The notes beneath the pieces are model-generated. The model ran no database searches. It worked only from the letters and a program-made list of their open reading frames with translations, and was not told the origin of the DNA. This document shows positions 1 through 5,295 of a stretch of DNA of 5,295 bases, in pieces. Within the stretch, counting starts at the first letter, position 1; every line of letters begins with the position of its first letter. Location of the stretch: contig NW_002061350.1 of assembly GCF_000150275.1 (NCBI RefSeq), positions 1 through 5,295 on the forward strand, read 5' to 3'. The position numbers were made by a program, and so were the translations under genes. The stretch comes from Trichoplax adhaerens. Its lineage: Eukaryota > Animalia > Placozoa.

Positions 1-342
1 ACAGCATATCTTAGAATAATAGACTAACTAATTTATTTACGTCCTACTCTTTTACTGAATATGTATATTTTGTATACCTGTATTGACAGGCTCTATCTGC
101 TTTGGTGTGATATCGTCAGGTAACGTCGATTTTACTTGTTTGTTAGAAGATGAAGATGATATCCGATTTTCTAGTTTTAAAAGTAATCAGAAGTTTAATA
201 CATGTGATTATTATATGCGATACAATTAACGTCAAACTGTTTTAAATTCGAGCAACGGGACGCTAATATACAGTAGTTATAGCAAATTGCATAATAGATT
301 GATAAATTAAGAATTATATATATTTGATAACTGCAACAGTTA
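1..342. repeat. Direct repeat copy A (truncated by the window edge), near-identical to 3095-3437
   Basis: 39-315 versus 3134-3410 differ at only 2 of 277 positions (155 and 193). A few more differences lie in 16-38 and 316-323. Confidence 0.97.
78..170 (-). CDS. 93-nt linker exon, copy 3: NRISSSSSNKQVKSTLPDDITPKQIEPVNT
   Basis: aactag|AA ... ACAG|gtatac. Differs from 3265-3173 at one nucleotide (position 155, Ser vs Phe). Confidence 0.75.
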
Positions 343-3300
343 CTATTAATGAATATAAATAAAATACATTTAGAAAAAGTATCATCATGTAAATAGCATC
401 TGCCAGAGCATTTTTATGACGCTTATATTGTTACTTTTCACTTGTTGAACTAGGCTATCTGTTGTATGAGTGGAACTTGCAGCTCTTTCTAGATTGACAT
501 AAAGTAGGATATATATTAAAATACTTTTATTCAAAAGAGGATCTTTGAGAATAGTCTAATGATGCTTAAATATTACTTTTAGAAGCTTTAGTTCGACTAC
601 TAGTTGCTTGATTTTGACTAGTTAAATTATCTAAATTGGTAAAATAAATAATTAGTAATGATTAATTACCAGCATCCTTTACATTATAGTTTCCTTTTGA
701 TTCTTCTTCATTTTCCCTTTCCGCATTTTCTAAGATTCCTATCACTGGCGAATTAATGGTAGATAGAACCTCACAAAATACACCATATGCTCGATTACCA
801 CATTCCGGTAAAATATCCAACAATTTTCCCATTTTCCTGTGATAATAGTTGTCACAGTTTATATTATCCACATGATACATTTTTACAACTAAGCTATATC
901 ATCGTATCGTATTGCAGACTTACTCATAATCGGTTGGCTGACATACAATGAATTCCTTTAGATAATGTGTTAGAATTTCTCGACTATATAAGTGATTACA
1001 AATAGGCTTCACACTTGATTTGCATTCCTCAATAATTTCGACGTAGTGGCTTCGTAAGATATGTTTATGTATTTCCAACATTCCAATTCTGCTGATCTTA
1101 TATTTTGGTATTGTTGATGCTAAAGCAAATAATCAAAAAATATTTAAATTAATTATTTTTCGTTTGTTGTAATATTATAAGATATTCATATATGCGTTAC
1201 AGCAGCTACGATTGTAATTATCGAAAAATAATTCAAACATAGCCCATAGATATATTGACAACTTTGCCTAACTAACCACGCTCTTCCTCAGTTAACGACA
1301 TAGGAATGTCCTCTCCGTTATTGCTAGAAGCATCGACTGTTAAATCCAAGAGATAAAGAATCATTATTAAACCAATTTATAAGGTTATAGATTTCATTTA
1401 ATAAGTCAACGAGTTCGATCCGCCGTACAATAAAGTACATACTTTTAAAAAAATTTTACTGGAAAGTTTGTCTTTTGTTATTACTGTTATTTCAGTTAGT
1501 AAATTTATGACAACATCGTTTCAAATGTATGAGCGCTATTATTGATAACTTATCGATTGAATTAGAAATTAATGTTGAAATAGATCAGCAAATCTTGGAA
1601 ATAGCAGACTAACTCATTTATTTACGTGCGTTAAGCAAGTACAAATATAACTAGGTATATCTTCGTCCTATGTGTTAGAAGGCAGAAGTTGTTACTTCAT
1701 TCTTTTAGATATTAACTGCAATCTCTTATTGTTAAATTAATCATTGAAGTTATTTCAAGTTTTGAATAAAATCGATATTCTATGTTAAAATTACAGTCGT
1801 ATAATAAATAAGGAAACTATCGGATTGATCAATTCATTGGATAGTAATCTACCTCAGTTTGAATGCAGTCTGCCTACATACATCATCTCTTTTTAATTTA
1901 AACGTCGACAAATATTTACGGTACTGTTAAATTACAGCAATATCCGTATATCAAAAGCTTTAAAATTCTTACCTATCGATATAGCTACGTAAATAGAAAT
2001 TATAAATTAAAAATCTTCGTGTATTACTCGTATATAATTATGTATAGTGTTATATACAATCATGAACCTTTTAATCTTTATATTGTAGTTACGCGTAGAA
2101 CTAATACAATGTAAGATAATATATAATTTATGATAAAGTAGCTTATATTGCAGTTTGGTAAGCTATTATGCCTGTATTCATAGGCGCTGTCTGCATCGGT
2201 GTGGTATTGTCAGATAATGTCGATTTTACGGGTTCGGTAGAAGATGTAGAAGATATACGATTTTCTAGTTATAAAAACAACCAGAATTGTGATACTTGTG
2301 ATTATTATAAGTAATACAATTAATGTCAAACTATTTAAAATATTTTAAAAGCTTTGGAAGACGGATTTGTAATTATGAAATAAATTATATATATTGGAAG
2401 ATTGAATAAATTAGCAAAGGACATGTCACAGTTGCCTTTCGTCTTTAGAGTTGAGCTACAACGATTATTTTCGCATTATAAATGCAACTCATAGTACATG
2501 TTTATAAACTTAACGATAAAACTACTACCAAGTTCTACACTGGTACAAGATAAACACGATTAATAAAACTCTATAAACAATGTCCTTAATCTAATAGCAA
2601 GAGTATTTGAACATCTAACTAACTTGTAAAGTGATTCCTGATATAAATAAGACAGGGTTATCTTAAAATTTAGGAACTGTCGCTCATGCAAACAAAATAA
2701 ATATTCCGTAACGCTGATGTGAATCAAAATGAATAAGGCCATATTAATCTATTCTGGAAATACGCGCGAGCTTAACAAGTTAAAAACATAACAAGATACA
2801 CTTTAGTCTTATGTGTTACAAGGTAGATGTTCTTACTGCAGTCTTTCATTAACTATAATCTTTAACTCATTACTAATCAATCACTTAAATATTTTTAAAT
2901 ATTGTATAAAATTTATGTACTGTGTTCAACTTATAACTTTGCATTAACCAAGGAAACTCTTGGATTGATCAATTAATTGGATAGTATTTTACGGCAGTTT
3001 TCCGTGATTAAACTACCACAGTAACAGATACAATTAATATTACTCATTTTCAGTAGGCATCATCGGTACACAATTAAAATGTCTTACGAAGACAACAGCA
3101 TATCTTAGAAATGTAAGACTAAGTAATTTATATACGTCCTACTCTTTTACTGAATATGTATATTTTGTATACCTGTATTGACAGGCTCTATCTGCTTTGG
3201 TGTGATATCGTCAGGTAACGTCGATTTTACTTGTTTGTTAGAAGATGAAAATGATATCCGATTTTCTAGTTTTAAAAGTAATCAGAAATTTAATACATGT

Positions 3301-5004
3301 GATTATTATATGCGATACAATTAACGTCAAACTGTTTTAAATTCGAGCAACGGGACGCTAATATACAGTAGTTATAGCAAATTGCATAATAGATTGATAA
3401 ATTAAGAATTGAATATACTTGATAACTGCAACAGTTATCAAGTATGAAAAGAAATACATACTGTACTGTACTAGAGTTGACTGTAATCCGCAACAGCACA
3501 ACCGGTATGAATGATCATCAGTACTAGAATGTATACTGGCTTCAATTAGCATGGACTCCCAGAAAAAACACCTTGGACTGCACCAGGGACTACTGCATGA
3601 AAAGGAAAGAAAGAGGGACGCAAAGCAGCCGTCAGTGCAAAATAATGTGCAGGCCTATCATTTTTCCCCTCATTCTACAGTACCGATGAAACCGTTGAAT
3701 AACATTCATCATCTAAAGCAGAGCTTAGTGCTGTAACAGGCACAACTTAATTTCGAAAATATTAGTCAGTTCAGAATCGACTGTCTGCATACTAAAGTAT
3801 GACCAAAATAGGCCAAATGTCTGTCCGTCCAAAGGAGTGTCCAGTCCAGGTATTTTTTTCTAGCAGCCCATAACTAAGGGCAATTGGGCATTCGTAACAT
3901 CCCTTACGATACTAATTGCAACAGACTAAAATCACAGATGGTAATTACTGAACAAAACTATCGCTGGCATTACTGAGATCATGGTAGCATACCAGTAGAA
4001 TCATTATTTTGATTCTGATTACATATAAAATTGAATGCATCAATTTTACCCTTCCTTTTACCTTGAGAGGTCGCTTCAGCTATTGGCTTTGAGCTTTGCT
4101 TTTCATCAGATTCTTTGTTTTGATTTTTCAATTCGTCCAATTTCTGTTCTATCCTTTCAGTTGCACCTTCTATCCGTTCAGTTCGGTTATCTGTCCTTTC
4201 AGTTGTACCGTCGATTCTGTCAGTTCTGTCATCAATCCTTTCAGTTGTATCTTCTATCCGTTCAGTTCGGCCATCTATCCTTTCAGTTCTGTCGTCAATC
4301 CTTTCAGTTGTACCTTCTATCCGTTCAGTTCTGTTATCTATACTTTCTAAAAGACGTTTCACTTTGTCACATAGTTCAGCAAAACAATCCGATAGTGAAT
4401 TATTTTTTTCCGCAATTTCTTTTATCAATTTCGTTAATGCCTTTATCTTGTCAATGCTGTTATTAAAATCGGAGGCACTATTGAAAGTTTTTAAAATTTT
4501 TTCAATGTTAGCTTGGACTGGTTTCATAACATCGTCATTTAAATTTTGTACGTCTCTAATTATTTTATCAAACTTGGTTACTATGAATGACTTTCCGTCT
4601 CCTGAGACCTACTTTAATATACTTTGAGCCTTGTGTTTAAGATCTTCAACCGTTTCAACTTTGCACAATTGGGTCTGATATTCGGAGTTTTTATCAATAG
4701 CAGATGACTTCAAAACCTCGTAAGAGTTTTCAATATCGCTTGAGTCCTCAAGCAATGGTCTTTGGCGGAAGCCATATTTACAAATGTCACTTTTTCCCTG
4801 CAATTTGTAGTACTTTACTGTGTTTACCTCGACAATCCTAATGCCAATATTTTTAAATAACTTGGAGGCTCTGATCTTTTTCTTTCCCGGTAAAACTTTT
4901 AATTCACTTCCAGTACCTTTTGACCTACGATACGAATATTGCATATGTTCATTTTGTGTGCAGCAAATTCTTAATCCATTATAGAAATGTGAAGAGAACG
5001 ACAT
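78..5004 (-). CDS. Spliced gene (3' end outside the window) for a coiled-coil + internal CARD protein. Predicted exons: 5004-4062, 3265-3173, 2264-2172, (1984-1973), (1483-1460), 1336-1277, 1119-924, 836-670, 488-435, 170-78. Possibly a disrupted allele because of the TAG at 4611-4609.
   Basis: All candidate exons are on the minus strand and bounded by AG and GT (one GC). All join in intron phase 1 without stops, except one phase-2 intron inside the CARD. An in-frame TAG at 5016-5014 makes ATG 5004 the first start unless the CTAG at 5009-5006 is an acceptor for an upstream exon. Linking the first exon to the CARD exons in one transcript is inference. Confidence 0.6.
435..488 (-). CDS. 54-nt symmetric phase-1 exon: (E)RAASSTHTTDSLVQQVK
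   Basis: caatctag|AA ... GAAAA|gtaaca. Open, locally GC-richer, and in phase with both neighbours. Confidence 0.6.
670..836 (-). CDS. CARD exon 2: (E)KMGKLLDILPECGNRAYGVFCEVLSTINSPVIGILENAERENEEESKGNYNVKDA
   Basis: An 87-nt phase-2 intron 923-837 (gtaagt...tatcacag) joins GA|G to give Glu and restores the frame. LLDILPECGNRAYGVFCEVL matches the CARD C-terminal signature (RAIDD [20 protein letters not shown]; caspase-2 [20 protein letters not shown]). Donor G|gtaatt at 670/669 is phase 1. The two CARD exons total 363 nt (121 codons). Confidence 0.9.
924..1119 (-). CDS. CARD exon 1: (A)STIPKYKISRIGMLEIHKHILRSHYVEIIEECKSSVKPICNHLYSREILTHYLKEFIVCQPTDY(E)
   Basis: Open frame with acceptor tttgctttag|CA at 1120/1119 and donor GA|gtaagt at 924/923. 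The translation aligns by eye with the N-terminal part of the RAIDD/CRADD CARD (M....K..LRS...E ... LY...ILT....E.I..Q.T). It is absent from the supplied ORF track. Confidence 0.9.
1277..1336 (-). CDS. 60-nt symmetric phase-1 exon: DASSNNGEDIPMSLTEEER
   Basis: ttaacag|TC ... CGTG|gttagt. Locally GC-richer than its flanks, open, and in phase with CARD exon 1. Confidence 0.7.
1460..1483 (-). CDS. Candidate 24-nt phase-1 microexon (ITKDKLS)
   Basis: Branch-like ACTAAC (1500-1495), then tgaaataacag|TA ATA ACA AAA GAC AAA CTT TCC A|gtaaaa. The donor is weak. Confidence 0.3.
1623..1852. repeat. Diverged intronic duplication, homologous to about 2761-2992
   Basis: Colinear blocks: tatgtgtta(g/c)aagg, attaact, and aaggaaact..(c/t)ggattgatcaatt(c/a)attggatagta (1810-1846 vs 2950-2986). 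Roughly 70% identity estimated by eye. Confidence 0.85.
1973..1984 (-). CDS. Candidate 12-nt phase-1 microexon (CT ATA TCG ATA G)
   Basis: atttctatttacgtag|CTATATCGATAG|gtaaga: pyrimidine-rich acceptor and a near-consensus AG|gtaag donor 12 nt apart. An in-frame TAA just upstream excludes a longer exon in this frame. Confidence 0.45.
   Translation of the reverse strand, partial: LYR
2171..2341. repeat. Older diverged third copy of the exon-plus-intron repeat (homologous to about 77-247 and 3172-3342)
   Basis: Colinear, roughly 80% identical, including intronic sequence (tgtgattattata...atacaattaa.gtcaaact). Confidence 0.9.
2172..2264 (-). CDS. 93-nt linker exon, diverged copy 2 with a GC donor: (E)NRISSTSSTEPVKSTLSDNTTPMQTAPMNT
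   Basis: 76/93 nt identical to the copy at 170-78, with no indels or stops. Acceptor aactag is intact, but the donor is ACAG|gcataa rather than GT, so it may be GC-AG spliced or skipped. Confidence 0.5.
2761..2992. repeat. Diverged intronic duplication, homologous to about 1623-1852
   Basis: See partner copy; offset about 1140 nt. Confidence 0.85.
3095..3437. repeat. Direct repeat copy B, near-identical to 1-342
   Basis: Offset 3094-3095 nt. Identity ends after gataactgcaacagtta (3421-3437 and 326-342). Confidence 0.97.
3173..3265 (-). CDS. 93-nt symmetric phase-1 linker exon, copy 1: (E)NRISFSSSNKQVKSTLPDDITPKQIEPVNT
   Basis: aactag|AA ... ACAG|gtatac. Open frame, length divisible by 3, and identical boundaries in all three paralogous copies. 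Confidence 0.75.
3546..3877. mobile_element. Putative MITE / non-autonomous DNA transposon remnant (about 330 bp) in intron 1
   Basis: 3551-3580 (atggactcccagaaaaaacaccttggactg) matches the reverse complement of 3842-3871 (atgggctgctagaaaaaaatacctggactg) at 23/30 ungapped positions. Outer TTAG (3546-3549) pairs with CTAA (3874-3877). The region is visibly GC-richer than the other introns. No target-site duplication or transposase was found. Confidence 0.5.
4062..5004 (-). CDS. Large first coding exon: unknown N-terminal region, predicted helical region and heptad-repeat coiled coil, with one in-frame TAG
   Basis: ORFs 4609..5004 and 3979..4527 are in the same frame. The gap reads ...QSILK*VSGDGKSFIVTKFDKIIRDVQNLNDDVMKPVQ... 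with only one stop. Phase-1 donor CAAG|gtaaaa at 4062/4061, with alternatives at 4050 and 3993. Confidence 0.7.
4147..4341 (-). repeat. Coding 21-bp tandem repeat, 9 full units plus a partial unit, encoding heptads IDNRTER IEGTTER IDDRTER IDGRTER IEDTTER IDDRTDR IDGTTER TDNRTER IEGATER IE
   Basis: Directly visible. Plus-strand unit is approximately atcc(t/g)ttcagtt(g/c)nnnnntc(t/a), with an exact 21-nt period and no indels. Confidence 0.95.
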
Positions 5005-5022
5005 TCTAGACCACTAAGTCTA

Positions 5023-5254
5023 TTTTTATAGCGAATGCTACCCAAAATGGCGCAAAGTACTCTACAAAACTACGTATATTTATGCAAGATGTTATATTCA
5101 CAAATGTACATTAAATTGCATAATCATAAGTTACAAGACAGCTGATAGCAGCTGATAGGTTATAAAAGCTTGCGCATATTGATAATATAATATAATAAAT
5201 TATCCATCACCATTAAAAGACCGTGGATGGAAAATGCTTTACTCATATTTGCAT
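5023..5254 (-). promoter_or_regulatory. Candidate upstream regulatory motifs: TATAAAAA (5030-5023), tandem CAGCTGATAG x2 (5139-5158), octamer ATGCAAAT (5254-5247)
   Basis: The motifs are present in the sequence upstream of ATG 5004. Function is untested, and short motifs arise by chance in AT-rich DNA. Confidence 0.25.
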
Positions 5255-5295
5255 GTAAGTACACAAGGGACCTTGCAAATATTCAATCAGCTTAT

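Noticed and set aside
837-880. N-terminus MYHVDNINCDNYYHR of ORF 662..880
   Set aside because: It lies inside the 87-nt intron. CARD similarity continues in the upstream exon 1119-924 instead.
1853-1923. Possible exon ending at donor-like CTGAG|gtagat (1853/1852)
   Set aside because: Every nearby acceptor gives either a stop or a phase incompatible with the phase-1 chain.
2560-2742. 60-aa minus-strand ORF
   Set aside because: AT-rich intron-like composition and no recognisable motif. The internal acceptor (tatatcag) has no convincing phase-1 donor.
2837-2852. Possible microexon tatag|TTAATGAAAGACTGCA|gtaaga and its homologue near 1696-1715
   Set aside because: Lengths of 16 and 20 nt break the frame, and the second has an in-frame TAA. 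At most these are decayed exon relics.
3290-3736. Short ORFs 3290..3499, 3358..3552 and 3551..3736
   Set aside because: They overlap intronic repeat or MITE-like sequence, have no transposase or other motif, and the first two straddle the duplication breakpoint.
4147-4341. CRISPR-like appearance of the regularly spaced ttcagtt motif
   Set aside because: The period is 21 nt with no unique spacers, it encodes an in-frame heptad, and the context is an intron-containing eukaryotic gene.
4035-4627. Plus-strand ORFs 4035..4466, 4096..4350 and 4364..4627
   Set aside because: Antisense shadows of the minus-strand exon. The 21-bp repeat lacks stops in these frames, and the products are low-complexity F/S/L/C-rich strings.
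4730-4930. Faint resemblance of GSELKVLPGKKKI and YYKLQGKSDICKYGFRQRPLL to beta-strand segments of gasdermin or MACPF pore-forming domains
   Set aside because: By-eye similarity over a few residues only. The MACPF (Y/W)G(T/S)H signature is absent and the region is too short for either domain. HHpred or Foldseek would be needed.
5203-5231. Hairpin-like tccatcac ... gtggatgga
   Set aside because: Short, bulged stem with no other RNA-gene or terminator features, compatible with chance.

Overview
AT-rich eukaryotic genomic DNA with short spliceosomal introns. An animal source is inferred; the style is compatible with a compact invertebrate genome such as a placozoan, but this cannot be established from the sequence. 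The window is best explained as the 5' part of one spliced minus-strand gene, starting at ATG 5004 and running off the left edge. Predicted order: (1) a large first exon 5004-4062 encoding an unrecognised N-terminal region, a helical region and nine 21-bp heptad repeats (I-D/E-x-R/T-T-E-R), interrupted by a single in-frame TAG at 4611-4609; (2) a chain of small symmetric phase-1 exons encoding Ser/Thr/Pro-rich linker, including a 93-nt exon present twice here and once more downstream, plus candidate 12- and 24-nt microexons; (3) a clear CARD (death-fold) domain split over two exons, 1119-924 and 836-670, most like the RAIDD/caspase-2 type; (4) further linker exons. Positions 1-342 are a near-identical copy of 3095-3437, so the CARD block is flanked by a very recent direct repeat about 3.1 kb apart. 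Older diverged duplications are also present. Intron 1 contains a MITE-like element with imperfect terminal inverted repeats. All exon calls are manual splice predictions without transcript evidence.
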